A stretch of 64,000 nucleotides of DNA from an uncultured Actinomycetota bacterium (GCA_963822495.1 CAWGHQ010000005.1:47918-111917); one strand, 5' to 3'; counted from the stretch's first letter, positions 14,010-24,796 are shown. Numbers and translations: made by a program. Notes: generated from the letters alone by a model not told the origin.

Positions 14010-15485
14010 TCAGGTGAGCAGGGCGGTGAGGGGGTTGATGGCGAAGTAGACGAGGAACATCACGGCCACGAGGGCCATCAGGGGGTGCACCTCGCGGACC
14101 CGGCCGCGCACCACCTTGATCAGGACGAAGGCCACGAAACCCGCGCCGATGCCGACGCTGATCGAGTAGGTGAAGGGCATCAGCACGATCATCAGGAAGG
14201 CCGGGATGGCGACGTCGACGTCGTCCCACGCGATCTGGCCGACCTGCTGCATCATCAAGAAGCCGACCAGGACGAGGGCCGGGACGGCCGCCTCGGAGGG
14301 GATCACTGCGACCAGGGGCGCCAGGAAGATCGTCAGCAGGAACAGCACCCCGGTGACGATCGAGGCCAGGCCCGTGCGCGCACCCTCACCGACGCCGGCC
14401 GCCGACTCGATGTAGCTGGTGTTCGACGAGACGCCGCCCGCGCCGCCGGCGATCGCGGCGACGGAATCGACGATGAGGATGCGCTGGGCTTGCGGCGGGG
14501 TGCCGGTCTCGTCGAGCAGGTCGGCCTCGGCGCCGATGGCGGTCATCGTGCCGAGGGTGTCGAAGAAGTCGGCCAGCATCAGGCTGAAGACCAGCAGCGC
14601 GGCGGCCACGAGCCCCAGCGTGTCGAAGGCGCCGACCAGGTCGACCTGGCCCAGGGTGCCGAAGTCGGGGAGGGCGGCGACACCGTCGGGCAGGCTCGGC
14701 ACGGTCAGGCTCCACCCACCGGGACTGTCGACGGAGCTGCCGAGATCGCCGACCGCCTCGATCACCACGGCCAGGACGGTCGCGGCGACGATGCTGATCA
14801 GGATCGCGCCCCGCACCCGGCGGACCCACAGGGCCACCACGAGCGCGAGCCCGACGGCGAAGACGACGACCGGCCAGCCCACGAGCTGGCCGGTGCGACC
14901 CAGCTGGACCGGGACCGTGGTCCCGGCGACGTCGGGCATCCGGCCCACGAAGCCGGCGTCGACGAAGCCGATCAGCGCGATGAACAGCCCGATGCCCACC
15001 GAGATCGCCACCTTCAGCTGCGGGGGGACGGCGCGGAAGACCGCCGCCCGGAAGCCGGTCAGCACCAGGACGAGGATCAGGACACCCTCGATCACGACCA
15101 GGCCCATCGCCGCGGCCCAGGTCACCTGGGTCGCGATCCCGACGGCGACGAAGGCGTTGAGCCCCAGGCCCGTGGCCAGCGCCAACGGGTAGTTGGCCAC
15201 GGCCCCCATCGCGATCGTCATCAGCCCGGCGACCAGAGCGGTGCCGGCGGCGATCGCCGGCAGGTTGGACCCGTCCCCGCTGCCGCCACCCAGGAAGGCA
15301 CCCTGCGAGTCCGGCACGAAGCCGAGGATCAAGGGGTTGAGCACGACGATGTAGGCCATCGTCACGAAGGTGACGATCCCGCCACGCACCTCGCGCCCGA
15401 CGCTCGAGCCGCGTCGGCCGATCTCGAAGTAGCGGTCCAGGAAGGAGGACGGGCGCGCCGTCGTCAAGTCGCTCACGGGCAGCAT
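14010..15485 (-). CDS. NCS2 family permease (AzgA/PbuG-like purine permease)
   Basis: EVRGGIVTFVTMAYIVVLNPLIL, FFDTLGT, SSNTSYIESAAGVGEGARTGL, MPFTYSI. Confidence 0.92.
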   Translation of the reverse strand: MLPVSDLTTARPSSFLDRYFEIGRRGSSVGREVRGGIVTFVTMAYIVVLNPLILGFVPDSQGAFLGGGSGDGSNLPAIAAGTALVAGLMTIAMGAVANYPLALATGLGLNAFVAVGIATQVTWAAAMGLVVIEGVLILVLVLTGFRAAVFRAVPPQLKVAISVGIGLFIALIGFVDAGFVGRMPDVAGTTVPVQLGRTGQLVGWPVVVFAVGLALVVALWVRRVRGAILISIVAATVLAVVIEAVGDLGSSVDSPGGWSLTVPSLPDGVAALPDFGTLGQVDLVGAFDTLGLVAAALLVFSLMLADFFDTLGTMTAIGAEADLLDETGTPPQAQRILIVDSVAAIAGGAGGVSSNTSYIESAAGVGEGARTGLASIVTGVLFLLTIFLAPLVAVIPSEAAVPALVLVGFLMMQQVGQIAWDDVDVAIPAFLMIVLMPFTYSISVGIGAGFVAFVLIKVVRGRVREVHPLMALVAVMFLVYFAINPLTALLT

Positions 15486-15542
15486 CGTGACAGAGCACTC
15501 CGGCCGTCCGGTGACGAGGAGGTCTCGGCTAGCGTGACGCGG

Positions 15543-15887
15543 GTGGAGCTGCGCGACGACCAGCCGATGACCCACGAGATCGGCAACCGGACCTACGTGG
15601 TCGCCCCGGTCGAGCCGCTCGACGTGGACGGCGTGCGGACCGTCGAGGTCGGCATCGCCATCTTCGTGGTCGCCTTCGTCGCGCTGCTGCCCTTCTACGG
15701 GCGGCTCGAGGCCGAAGGTCGGACGTGGTGGTTGTGGACCTGCCTGGCCGGGGCCGGCCTCGGGCTGGTCGGCCTGGAGTACTGCCGCCGCCGGCGCCAC
15801 GCCCGACGAGCCCGATCGACCGATCCGGCCGGAGCGACCGACGCAACGACCGAGACCGCCGCAGCCGCCGCGGACCCCGTCGAGTGA
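15543..15887 (+). CDS. DUF2530 domain-containing membrane protein
   Basis: VEPLDVDGVRTV...WWLWTCLAGAGLGLVG; TAGCGT lies 7 nt upstream of the GTG. Confidence 0.75.
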   Translation: MELRDDQPMTHEIGNRTYVVAPVEPLDVDGVRTVEVGIAIFVVAFVALLPFYGRLEAEGRTWWLWTCLAGAGLGLVGLEYCRRRRHARRARSTDPAGATDATTETAAAAADPVE

Positions 15888-16528
15888 GCCTGCCTCATCC
15901 AACCCGCCCGACCCGGTGGGCCCGGGGCGGCCCGGAGAACGACGGCTACGGCGAGAGGTTCGCCGGGCTCGTCGCAGCGGGCGAGGACGTCGACGGGGAG
16001 GCCCGGCTGGCCGACACGCTGTGCCCGCGCAACGCCCGTGTCCTGGACGCCGGTGCCGGCATGGGTCGCGTCGGCGCCGCGCTGGCCGCCCGGGGCCACA
16101 CGGTCCTCGCCGTCGAGCCCGACCCGACCCTCGCCGCGCAGGCCCGCCGCACCTACCCCGACCTCGACGTCCTCGAGACCGACGTCCTCGGCCTGGACGC
16201 CGCCCTGCTGGCCTCCCGCGGCTCACCGTCGGCCTTCGACCTCGTGGTCGCGGTCGGCAACGTGATGATCTTCCTCGCACCACAGACCGAGGTCGCGGTC
16301 CTGGCACGGCTGGGCTCCCTGCTCGCGCCGGGCGGACGCATGCTGGTCGGCTTCCACCCGGTCGACGGGCCCACCACGAGCCGGGCCTACCCGCCGGAGG
16401 ACTTCGCCGCCGACGCCGAGAGGGCCGGCCTGCGGGTCGAGGCGCGGTTCGGCTCCTACGAGCTGCACCCGCCGAACGAGGAGTACGCGGTGTGGGTCCT
16501 CTCGCGGGCCCAGGCCGCCCTCCCGTGA
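15884..16528 (+). CDS. Class I SAM-dependent methyltransferase
   Basis: VLDAGAGMGRVG, FDLVVAVGNVM, LAPGGRMLVGF. Confidence 0.88.
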   Translation: MSLPHPTRPTRWARGGPENDGYGERFAGLVAAGEDVDGEARLADTLCPRNARVLDAGAGMGRVGAALAARGHTVLAVEPDPTLAAQARRTYPDLDVLETDVLGLDAALLASRGSPSAFDLVVAVGNVMIFLAPQTEVAVLARLGSLLAPGGRMLVGFHPVDGPTTSRAYPPEDFAADAERAGLRVEARFGSYELHPPNEEYAVWVLSRAQAALP

Positions 16529-16558
16529 CCCGGGGCCTGACCGTGGGCCAGAAGTGGG

Positions 16559-17332
16559 CTAGAAGGTCTCGACCTCGTCGTCGAGGGTGTCGACGACGTG
16601 CTCCGGCAGGGGCTGGCGCTCGTGCTTCTTGGCCAGCCGGACCTCGGAGTGTGCCCCGCAGCCGTGCTGGAACGAGACCACCTTGGCGTCGTCGTTGGCG
16701 TCACCGTTGGCGCAGACCCCGAAGCTGAGCGCGAGGGGCCCGGCGAGCCGGACGAGGAAGCCGCAGGAGTCGCACGACTGGGGTGAGGCCTGGGCCAGCG
16801 CCGAACCGGGCCCGGGGTCACCGTCGAACCAGCGCTCGGCGGCCAGGTCGCGGCCCTCGACCGACAGGGTGCGCACCCGACCGAGCCCGAGGTCCTGCGC
16901 CACGCGCCGCACCTGGGCCTTGTCGTCGGCGTCGAGCGGGTCGTCGCCGAAGGAGTAGGTCGGCACCAGGCGCGGGTCGTCGTCCTCGACCGGCAGCAGG
17001 TCGCCCGCCGACAGGTCGCCGGGCTGGATCCGCTCGCGGTAGGGCACCCAGGGCGGCGCCACGATCGCCCCGTCGCCGGGGACGAGCACGACCTCGTCGA
17101 CGGTGACGCCCTTCTGGCGCGAGGCCCGGGCCACGGTCACCGACCAGTGCCAGCCGACGTAGCCGGCCCGGGTGCACGCGAAGAGATGGGTCACCACCCG
17201 GTCACCCTCGGCGCGGGCGCCGAGGTGCTCGCCGACGTCACTCGCCGCGGCCTCCTCGAGCAGGGCGGCGCGGGCCTGCTCGACGGCAGCAGTGGCGACG
17301 GAGTCGGGCTGGCGGCGCGTCGTGGTGCTCAC
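16559..17332 (-). CDS. DUF3027 domain-containing protein
   Basis: GYVGWHWSVTVAR, PPWVPYRERIQPGDL, CDSCGF...C.N...D..VVS..HGCGAHSE. Confidence 0.9.
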   Translation of the reverse strand: MSTTTRRQPDSVATAAVEQARAALLEEAAASDVGEHLGARAEGDRVVTHLFACTRAGYVGWHWSVTVARASRQKGVTVDEVVLVPGDGAIVAPPWVPYRERIQPGDLSAGDLLPVEDDDPRLVPTYSFGDDPLDADDKAQVRRVAQDLGLGRVRTLSVEGRDLAAERWFDGDPGPGSALAQASPQSCDSCGFLVRLAGPLALSFGVCANGDANDDAKVVSFQHGCGAHSEVRLAKKHERQPLPEHVVDTLDDEVETF

Positions 17333-17423
17333 GCGAGAGAGTGTGTCTCATCGTCGCGCGAGTGTCAGCCGCCGGGTCGGGGTGTCCGGGTGCCTCCCCG
17401 CCCGCAGCGGGCAGGATGGGGTC

Positions 17424-18884
17424 ATGAGCGCGGACCATCCCCCGGACCCCCCGGGTCAGCGCCCTGGGGGGACCGTCCCCGGTCGGGGCAGGTCACTGGG
17501 CCGCGGTGTCGGCACCGGGGCACGCGCCACCGCCCGGGGGGTCGCCGGCGCGGCCCGCGTCACGAGGCGCGCGACCCGGTTCACCTTCTTCCAGGCCCGA
17601 CGTGCCGCCGGGGCCGAGGGCGCGGACAAGTCCGGCCTCAACCGGCTCATCGAGATGCACGCCTTCAACACCGCCGGCGACGCCGCGGTGGCGATCGCGC
17701 TGGCCGGCTCCCTGTTCTTCCAGGTGCCCACCGGGGAGGCCCGGGGCCAGGTCGCGCTGTTCCTCGGGCTGACCATGCTGCCCTTCGCGGTGGTCGCCCC
17801 CCTGCTGGGCCCCTTCCTCGACCGCTTCAGCCACGGTCGGCGCTGGGCCGTCGGCACGACGATGGCACTGCGGGCGTTCCTGTGCTGGGTGCTCGCCGAC
17901 GCCGTCCAGACGGAGTCCCACCTGATCTTCCCGGCCGCGCTGGGGGTGCTGATCTCCTCCAAGGCCTACGGCGTGACCCGTGCGGCGGCGGTGCCCCGGC
18001 TGCTGCCGACCTCGTTGACGCTGGTCAAGGCCAACGCCAGGGTCTCGCTGTCCGGCATGGTCGGCGCGGGCGTCTCGGCGCCGCTGGCTCTGCTCGCGGT
18101 GACGTTCGGTGCTCCCTGGGCCCTGCGCTACGCCTTCGCGCTCTTCGTGGCGGCGACCGTCCTGGCCGTCCTGCTGCCCTCCCAGGTCGACGCCTCCGCA
18201 GGTGAGCGCACGATGGTGCTGCGCAGCGACTCGCCGGCCGCGTCCCTGCCCGGTGAGCCGCGCCGCAGCACCCGCATCCCGCCCGCGGTCGCGTTCGCCC
18301 TGCGGGCCAACTGCGGACCGCGGTGGCTCTCGGGCTTCCTGACCATGTTCATGGCCTTCCTGCTGCGCGTGAACCCGATCGCAGGGTGGGAGGACCGCCC
18401 CGAGCTGCTGCTGGGCGTGGTCATCGGCGGCGCCGCCCTCGGCAACGGCCTGGGGATCGTGGCCGCCTCGGTCCTGCGCCGCATCGACCCGACCTCCATG
18501 GTGCTGCTCGTGCTGCTCGCCGACGGGGCGATGGTGCTCGTCGGCGCCCTGTTCTACGGCGTCCTCACCCTCTTCGGTCTCGGTCTCGTCGCCGGGCTGG
18601 CCCAGTCGCTGGGCAAGGTCTCCCTCGACGCCACGATCCAGACCACGGTCCCGTCGCGGGTCCAGGCGAGCGCGTTCGCCCGCAGCGACACCACCCTCCA
18701 GCTGGCCTGGGTCGTCGGCGGATTCGCCGGCATCGTGGTGCCCCTCGTGCCCCGGCTCGGGCTCGGGCTGGCGTTCGTGGTGCTGGCGGCGTGGACGGTC
18801 TACGTCCTCACCACGCGCCGGGCCACGCGCTCCTCGACCACCGCCGACGGGGCCGATGCCGGGACCACCGACGGGCCGTGGTGA
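17424..18884 (+). CDS. MFS transporter
   Basis: About 12 hydrophobic segments; GDAAVAIALAGSLFF, LTMLPFAVVAPLLGPFLDR, SAFARSDTTLQLAWV. Confidence 0.85.
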   Translation: MSADHPPDPPGQRPGGTVPGRGRSLGRGVGTGARATARGVAGAARVTRRATRFTFFQARRAAGAEGADKSGLNRLIEMHAFNTAGDAAVAIALAGSLFFQVPTGEARGQVALFLGLTMLPFAVVAPLLGPFLDRFSHGRRWAVGTTMALRAFLCWVLADAVQTESHLIFPAALGVLISSKAYGVTRAAAVPRLLPTSLTLVKANARVSLSGMVGAGVSAPLALLAVTFGAPWALRYAFALFVAATVLAVLLPSQVDASAGERTMVLRSDSPAASLPGEPRRSTRIPPAVAFALRANCGPRWLSGFLTMFMAFLLRVNPIAGWEDRPELLLGVVIGGAALGNGLGIVAASVLRRIDPTSMVLLVLLADGAMVLVGALFYGVLTLFGLGLVAGLAQSLGKVSLDATIQTTVPSRVQASAFARSDTTLQLAWVVGGFAGIVVPLVPRLGLGLAFVVLAAWTVYVLTTRRATRSSTTADGADAGTTDGPW

Positions 18885-18932
18885 GCCCGGAGGCCTGAGC
18901 CCCGAGCGGCTCAGGAGCGGCCCAGGAGCGGC

Positions 18933-19328
18933 TCAGGCCTCGAGCTGGTCGGCGAGAGCCCGGAGCAGCTTGGCCGTCGGCGCGGCCGTGCGGGCGTCCG
19001 GGTGACGCTCGTGGCGGTAGGCCTCCTCGACGCCGTCGAGGAGGCGGATGAGGTCCTCCACGATCGGGACCATGTCGGCGGGACGTCGCCGTCGGGCGGC
19101 GGACTGGTTGCGCGCCACCGAGGCCGGTGCGTCGAGGACCCGGACCTGGAGGGCCTGGTCGCCGCGGCGCCCCTGGGCGATCCCGAACTCCACCCGGGTG
19201 CCGGCCTTGAGGGTCGCGACGCCCTCGGGCAGAGCCTCGCTGCGCACGTAGACGTCCGGTCCACTCTCCTGGGAGAGGAACCCGAAGCCCTTCTCCGCGT
19301 CGTACCACTTCACCTTGCCAGTCGGCAC
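18933..19328 (-). CDS. Cold-shock domain protein with actinobacterial C-terminal extension (CspB-like)
   Basis: PTGKVKWYDAEKGFGFL...DVYV RNP motifs. Confidence 0.9.
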   Translation of the reverse strand: MPTGKVKWYDAEKGFGFLSQESGPDVYVRSEALPEGVATLKAGTRVEFGIAQGRRGDQALQVRVLDAPASVARNQSAARRRRPADMVPIVEDLIRLLDGVEEAYRHERHPDARTAAPTAKLLRALADQLEA

Positions 19329-19381
19329 GGCTCGTCCTCGCATCCCTGAGGCGCCCGGACGGTCCGGGGCGCCGGGTGAGC

Positions 19382-20020
19382 CTAGGCCATCGAGGGGCCG
19401 CGGGCCGCCTCGGTTTCGCTCCACCACCGCGTGAGCCAGGCCGGGAGGTCCTCGAGCCCGGCGAGCACGACGTCGGTCCCGGCCTCGAGCAGCTCCTCGC
19501 GGGTGCAGCCGCCGGTCAGCACGGAGACGCTGAGCACCCCGGCCGCGAGGGCGCCCGCCACGTCGTGGACGTGGTCGCCGACGTAGGCCGCCGCATGCTC
19601 GCGACGCAGCACCGCCGCCTTGCCCGGGCCCCACACCTCGCCCTCGACGACGTCGACGTCCAGGTCGAGGTGGGCCACGTGGAGCTCGGCGTTGGCCTGG
19701 AACTTCCCGGTGACCAGCAGCACGCGTCCGCCCAGGCGGCGCACCGCGGCGAGCGCCTCATGGGCACCCGGCAGCACCGGGACCGACGCCACCGCGTGCT
19801 CGACGTAGAGCTCGCGGAAGCGGGCGACGGCACCCGGGACGAGCGCGGCCGGCAGGTAGGGGCCGAGCAGGTGGTCGAGCGGCGGACCGAGACGTCGGGT
19901 CATCTCCTCCGCCGGAAGCCTCACCCCGAGCTCCTCGGCGAGCGCGTCCAGCGTGGCCCGGAAGCCGGGCCTGGTGTCGATCAGCGTCAGGTCCAGGTCG
20001 AAGCCGATGGTCAGCACCAC
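19382..20020 (-). CDS. HAD family hydrolase
   Basis: FDLDLTLID motif I and YVGDHVHDV motif. Confidence 0.9.
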   Translation of the reverse strand: MVLTIGFDLDLTLIDTRPGFRATLDALAEELGVRLPAEEMTRRLGPPLDHLLGPYLPAALVPGAVARFRELYVEHAVASVPVLPGAHEALAAVRRLGGRVLLVTGKFQANAELHVAHLDLDVDVVEGEVWGPGKAAVLRREHAAAYVGDHVHDVAGALAAGVLSVSVLTGGCTREELLEAGTDVVLAGLEDLPAWLTRWWSETEAARGPSMA

Positions 20021-20145
20021 CCCTCCAGCCTAGGGCGCAGCAGGACGACGGGAGCCGGGTCGGGGACAAGGGGTGCGTGCTTGGGACTGGTGGGACAGAA
20101 TGGCCGTTCGGCCGGAGCGAGCCGGACAGGTGACCCGGAGAGGGG

Positions 20146-22326
20146 GTGGTGACGGTGCGGACCTACCGCCGCGCTCCCGAGCGCGCCCTGCGGCGTCGCC
20201 TCGTCGTCGTCCTTGGTCCGCTCGCGGCCTCGGTCGTGGTGGCGCTGCCGGCGCTGGCCGCGACCCCGGTGGCCGCAGCCGACCGAGCCGCGTCGGCCGT
20301 CTCGGCCACCGCAGCGCCGCAGCGCCTCTACCTGGTGACGCTCGACGGCCCCGGGAGCGCCGGCGTCCCCGCCGTTGACCGGGCCGCCTGGCAGCTGCGC
20401 GCCGAGCGGCGGCAGCGAGCGGTCCTGGCCGAGGTCGGCGCGCCGGAGCCCGTCTACGCGTGGGGCACCGCCCTGTCCGGCGTGGCGGTCGAGCTGAGCC
20501 GTGACCAGGCCAGCGCCCTGGCCGCGGATCGCCGGGTCGCCCTCGTCGAGCCGGACGAGGTGCGCCCGCTCGCCGGCCTGGGCCACTCAGTCCCGGCGCC
20601 GACCTCCACCCCGGCGCCGCCCCACGGCGGCCGCGGGATCGTGGTCGGCGTCGTCGACTCCGGTCTGGCGCCCGAGTCGACCTCCTTCGCGACGCGCCCC
20701 TCCCTGGGCCGTGCCGCAGGAGTACCGCGGGGCGCCTGCGCCGCCGCCGAGGACTGGTCGCCGGGCCAGTGCGGCGGCAAGGTCGTGGCCGCCCGGTGGT
20801 TCGTGGACGGCTTCGGGCGCGACGCTGTGCGGGCCGGTTCGGCGCTCTCCCCGCGTGACGACGACGGGCACGGCACCCAGATGGCCTCGATCGCGGCCGG
20901 CAACGCCGACCAGACGGTCCGCGTGCGCTCCCAGCAGCTCCTGCGGACCGGCGGCCGGGCCCCCGACGCCCGCATCGCGGCCTACAAGGCCTGCTGGAGC
21001 GCGCCCGACCCGCGCGACGACGGGTGCGCGGCCTCCGACCTGGTCGCCGCCGTCGACCAGGCCGTGGCCGACGGCGTGGACGTGCTGAGCCTCTCGGTGG
21101 CCGGACCGGACCGGATCGACACCGTGGAGCGTGCCCTGCTCGGCGCGGCCGAGGCCGACGTGGTCGTCGTCGCGGCCGCCGGCAACGACGCCCGCAGCGC
21201 CTACGCCGCCCATCCGAGCCCGTGGGTCACCACGGTCGGCGCGACCGCCGGTGAGCAGCCCCGCGGTGCGGTGATCGTCCGCGGCGGGCCGACGCTGCGC
21301 GGCGTCACGGCGTCCCGGACCGGGACACCGACGCGGCCGCTCGTGCTGGGCGCCGACACCGCCGCGGCGCAGGTCGATCCCGCCGACGCCAGCGTCTGTG
21401 CACCCGGGAGCCTCGACGCCGCCCTCGTCGCCGACCGCGTGGTGGTCTGCGAGCGAGGGGTGGTCGGTCGCGTGGACAAGTCCGCGACGGTCGCCCTCGC
21501 CGACGGGGCCGGCATGGTCCTGGTCAACCGCTCGGGTCGGTCGACCTTCGCCGACTTCCACGAGGTGCCGACCGTGCACCTCGGCGCCGGGCCCGGCGAC
21601 ACCCTCGTGCGCTGGCTGCACCGGCACCCCGAGGCCCGCGCCGCGCTCTCTCCCGGTGGGCGCGGGCGCCCGGCCGGACTCGCTGCCTGGAGCCCCTCCG
21701 GGGACCCCGTCGGCGGCCTGCTCAAGCCCGACGTCGTTGCCCCCGGGGCCGGGCTCTACGGCGCCGTGCCCGGCGAGGCCGGCACGGCTTGGGACGTCGC
21801 CTCCGGCACGTCGGCGGCGACGGCGTGGGCGGCCGGCGTGGCAGCGAGCCTGCGCGCCCGCCACCCCGGCTGGAGCGCGATCGAGGTCCGCTCGGCGCTG
21901 GCGACGAGCGCGGGTCCGATGCCGGGCGCGCCGGTGCTGCGCGCCGGTGCCGGTCGACTGGGGGCCGGGGGCGGCGACGTCCGACTGACCTACGCCCAGG
22001 ACGTCCGCGACTACCGCTCCTGGCTCGACGGCCGACCGGTGACGTTGAACGCACCCTCGGTGCTCCTTCCGCGGGCGGGGGCCTCCACCCGACGCACGAT
22101 CACCAACACCGCGGACCGCTCGCTGTACTTCTCCTCCTCCGTGCGCGGTGTGCGCAGCCAGGTCACCGTCTTGCCGGCAGCGGTCCTGCTCGACCCCGGC
22201 GAGCGCGCCACCTTCGTCGTGCGCGACGACAGCCCCCGCTCGGGAGTGCGGACCGACGACGGTCACGTGGTGTGGCGCGGTGGCGACGGCAGCCGGAGCC
22301 GGATCCCGCTCGTCGTCCACCGGTGA
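20146..22326 (+). CDS. Secreted S8 (subtilisin-like) serine peptidase with I9, PA and Fn3-like domains
   Basis: Signal-like N-terminus; VGVVDSG, DGHGT, AAGND, KPDVVAPG, SGTSAA. Confidence 0.85.
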   Translation: MVTVRTYRRAPERALRRRLVVVLGPLAASVVVALPALAATPVAAADRAASAVSATAAPQRLYLVTLDGPGSAGVPAVDRAAWQLRAERRQRAVLAEVGAPEPVYAWGTALSGVAVELSRDQASALAADRRVALVEPDEVRPLAGLGHSVPAPTSTPAPPHGGRGIVVGVVDSGLAPESTSFATRPSLGRAAGVPRGACAAAEDWSPGQCGGKVVAARWFVDGFGRDAVRAGSALSPRDDDGHGTQMASIAAGNADQTVRVRSQQLLRTGGRAPDARIAAYKACWSAPDPRDDGCAASDLVAAVDQAVADGVDVLSLSVAGPDRIDTVERALLGAAEADVVVVAAAGNDARSAYAAHPSPWVTTVGATAGEQPRGAVIVRGGPTLRGVTASRTGTPTRPLVLGADTAAAQVDPADASVCAPGSLDAALVADRVVVCERGVVGRVDKSATVALADGAGMVLVNRSGRSTFADFHEVPTVHLGAGPGDTLVRWLHRHPEARAALSPGGRGRPAGLAAWSPSGDPVGGLLKPDVVAPGAGLYGAVPGEAGTAWDVASGTSAATAWAAGVAASLRARHPGWSAIEVRSALATSAGPMPGAPVLRAGAGRLGAGGGDVRLTYAQDVRDYRSWLDGRPVTLNAPSVLLPRAGASTRRTITNTADRSLYFSSSVRGVRSQVTVLPAAVLLDPGERATFVVRDDSPRSGVRTDDGHVVWRGGDGSRSRIPLVVHR

Positions 22327-22830
22327 CCGAGGCCCGGGTGGAGGGTGCGCCCGGCTGGTCGACCCTGCGGACCTTCCTGCCCGCGCTGCGCGGGTGTGAC
22401 CTGGTCGACCTGGGTTGCGGGGTCGGCTCCTTCACCTCGTGGGCCCTGGAGCAGGGCGTGGCCTCGGTGCTGGCCCTGGACCTCTCGATGCCGGTGCTCG
22501 ACCGGGCCCGCGCCACCGTTGGCGACCAGCGGGTCGGTCTTCGAGCAGTCCGACCTGGAGCAGGTGACGCTGCCCTTCGAGGCCTACGACCTCGCCTGGT
22601 GCGCGCGGGTGCTGGAGCACCTCAGGGACCCTGACCGCTTCTTCCGCGCCGTCCGGGCCGGGGTGAGACCCGGCGGTCGCCTCGTCCTGAGCACCGAGCA
22701 CCGCCCCCACGACCCTGCCGCGAGCACCCTCGCCGCGCTGGAGGGTGCCGGCTGGCGGCTGCGGGACGTCGTCGAGTGGAGCCCCACGACGCTGCTGCTC
22801 GCCGCCGAGAAGCCACCCCGAGGCGCCTGA
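22323..22830 (+). CDS. Class I SAM-dependent methyltransferase with +1 frameshift near 22536
   Basis: LVDLGCGVG...LALDLS in one frame; FEQSDLE...YDLAW...VRPGGRLVLSTEH in the next. Confidence 0.75.
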
Positions 22831-23010
22831 CCGCCGAGATGGCGCTCGCCGCGCGTCCAGATGGCGCTCGCCGCGCGTCCAGATGGCGCTCGCCGCGCGT
22901 CCAGATGGCGCTCGCCGCGCGTCCAGATGGCACTCGCCGCGCGTCCAGATGGCGCTCGCCGCGCGTCCAGCATCGGCACCCGCCGCGCGTCCAGATGGCA
23001 CCCGCCACGC
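22831..23010 (+). repeat. 22-bp tandem array (AGATGGCGCTCGCCGCGCGTCC x ~8)
   Basis: Units at 22837, 22859, 22881, 22903, 22925 and 22947, then two degenerate copies. Confidence 0.92.
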
Positions 23011-23025
23011 ACGTCATGCGTACGC

Positions 23026-23082
23026 AGCCGCCACCTCGACCCGTCGCGGCTGCCACTTCGACCCGTCGCGGCTGCCACTTCG
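23026..23082 (-). repeat. Related 22-bp array in opposite orientation (x ~2.6)
   Basis: gccacctcgacccgtcgcggct gccacttcgacccgtcgcggct gccacttcg; abuts the TGA of the acyl-CoA synthetase. Confidence 0.8.
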
Positions 23083-24699
23083 TCAGGCCAGGCCGAGGGC
23101 GTCGGCCGACTCCTCGCGCATCTGGACCTTGCGGACCTTGCCGGTCACGGTCATGGGGAACTCCTCGACCACCATCACGTACCGCGGGATCTTGTAGCGG
23201 GACAGCTTCCCGGTCGCGAAGGCCCGGACGGCGTCGGCGTCGAGCGGCTCACGCCCGGCCTTGACCTTGATCCAGGCGCACAGCTCCTCGCCGTAGCGCT
23301 GGTCGGGGACGCCGACTACCTGGACGTCCTCGACGTCGGGGTGGGTGTAGAGGAACTCCTCGATCTCGCGAGGGTAGATGTTCTCGCCTCCGCGGATGAC
23401 CATGTCCTTGATCCGTCCGACGATGTTGCAGTACCCGTCCTCCCGCATCACCGCCAGGTCGCCGGTGTGCATCCAGCCGTCGGCGTCGACAGCCTCAGCG
23501 GTCTTCTCCGGCTCCTGCCAGTAGCCGATCATCACCGAGTAGCCCCGGGTGCAGAGCTCGCCGGGCTCGCCACGCTCGACCGTCGCCCCGGTGGTGGGGT
23601 CGACGACCTTGACCTCGACGTGCGGGTGCACGCGCCCGATGGTGGCGGTACGGCGCTCCAGGTCGTCGTCGACGCGGGTCTGGCACGAGACCGGCGAGGT
23701 CTCGGTCATCCCGTAGGCGATCGAGAACTCGGCCATGTGCATGTCCTCGACACAGCTCCTCATCAGCTCGACCGGGCAGATCGAGCCGGCCATGATCCCC
23801 GTACGCAACGAGGTCAGGTCGCGCTCGGCCAGGTCGGGGCTGTTCTGCATCGCGATGAACATCGTGGGGACGCCGTACAGCGCGGTGCAGCGCTCCTCCT
23901 CCACCGCGCGCAGGGTCACCGCGGCGTCGAAGCCGGGCGCCGGGATCACCATGGTCGCGCCGTGGCTGGTGCAGCCGAGGTTGGCCATCACCATCCCGAA
24001 GCAGTGGTAGAAGGGCACCGGGATGCACAGCCGGTCGGACCCGGTGAAGCCGATCAGCTCGGTGGTCAGGTAGCCGTTGTTGAGGATGTTGCGGTGGCTC
24101 AGCGTCGCGCCCTTGGGCCGACCGGTCGTCCCCGAGGTGTACTGGATGTTGATCGGGTCGCTCGGCGTGAGGGACGCCGCCCGCTCGGCGAGCAGGCTGG
24201 CGTCGACCGTCTCGCCCTGGTCGACCAGGCCGGCGAGGTCGTCGGTGTCGAGGTAGACGGTGCGCCGCAGGGTCGGGCAACCGGGGGTGACCTCCTCGAC
24301 CATCGCCCGGTAGTCGCTGGTGCGGAAGCGCGTGGCCGCGAACAGCAGCGCCAGGCCGCTCTGCTCGAGCACGTAGGCCAGCTCGTGGGTCCGGTAGGAC
24401 GGGTTGACGTTGACCAGCACGGCGCCGACCTTCGCCGCCGCGTACTGCACCAACGTCCACTCGGCGCAGTTCGGCGCCCAGATGCCGACCCGGTCGCCGA
24501 CCGCGATCCCGTCCGCCATCAGCCCGCGAGCCAGCGCGTCGACGTCCCGGGCCAGCTCCGACCAGGTCCACCGACGCCCGCTGGCGACCTCGACCAGCGC
24601 CTCCCCGTCGGGGTGGTCGGCGACGGTGCGGTCGAGGTTGGCGCCGATGGTCTCCTCGAGGAGCGCTGGCGTGGTCTCTCCGGCGGCATAGGACTCCAT
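23083..24699 (-). CDS. AMP-binding acyl-CoA synthetase
   Basis: [56 protein letters not shown]. Confidence 0.93.
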   Translation of the reverse strand: MESYAAGETTPALLEETIGANLDRTVADHPDGEALVEVASGRRWTWSELARDVDALARGLMADGIAVGDRVGIWAPNCAEWTLVQYAAAKVGAVLVNVNPSYRTHELAYVLEQSGLALLFAATRFRTSDYRAMVEEVTPGCPTLRRTVYLDTDDLAGLVDQGETVDASLLAERAASLTPSDPINIQYTSGTTGRPKGATLSHRNILNNGYLTTELIGFTGSDRLCIPVPFYHCFGMVMANLGCTSHGATMVIPAPGFDAAVTLRAVEEERCTALYGVPTMFIAMQNSPDLAERDLTSLRTGIMAGSICPVELMRSCVEDMHMAEFSIAYGMTETSPVSCQTRVDDDLERRTATIGRVHPHVEVKVVDPTTGATVERGEPGELCTRGYSVMIGYWQEPEKTAEAVDADGWMHTGDLAVMREDGYCNIVGRIKDMVIRGGENIYPREIEEFLYTHPDVEDVQVVGVPDQRYGEELCAWIKVKAGREPLDADAVRAFATGKLSRYKIPRYVMVVEEFPMTVTGKVRKVQMREESADALGLA

Positions 24700-24796
24700 G
24701 CGACCGAATCTAGGTCAGCGCCGTGACCACCACCACTGCCCGCCCTAACGGTGCGGTGACCACCGCCCTGTCGCGCGCGGGTCCGCGTCGGTGAGG

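Noticed and set aside
22831-23010. 22-bp arrays as a CRISPR array
   Set aside because: Units are contiguous and nearly identical, with no unique 25-45-nt spacers, leader or cas genes.
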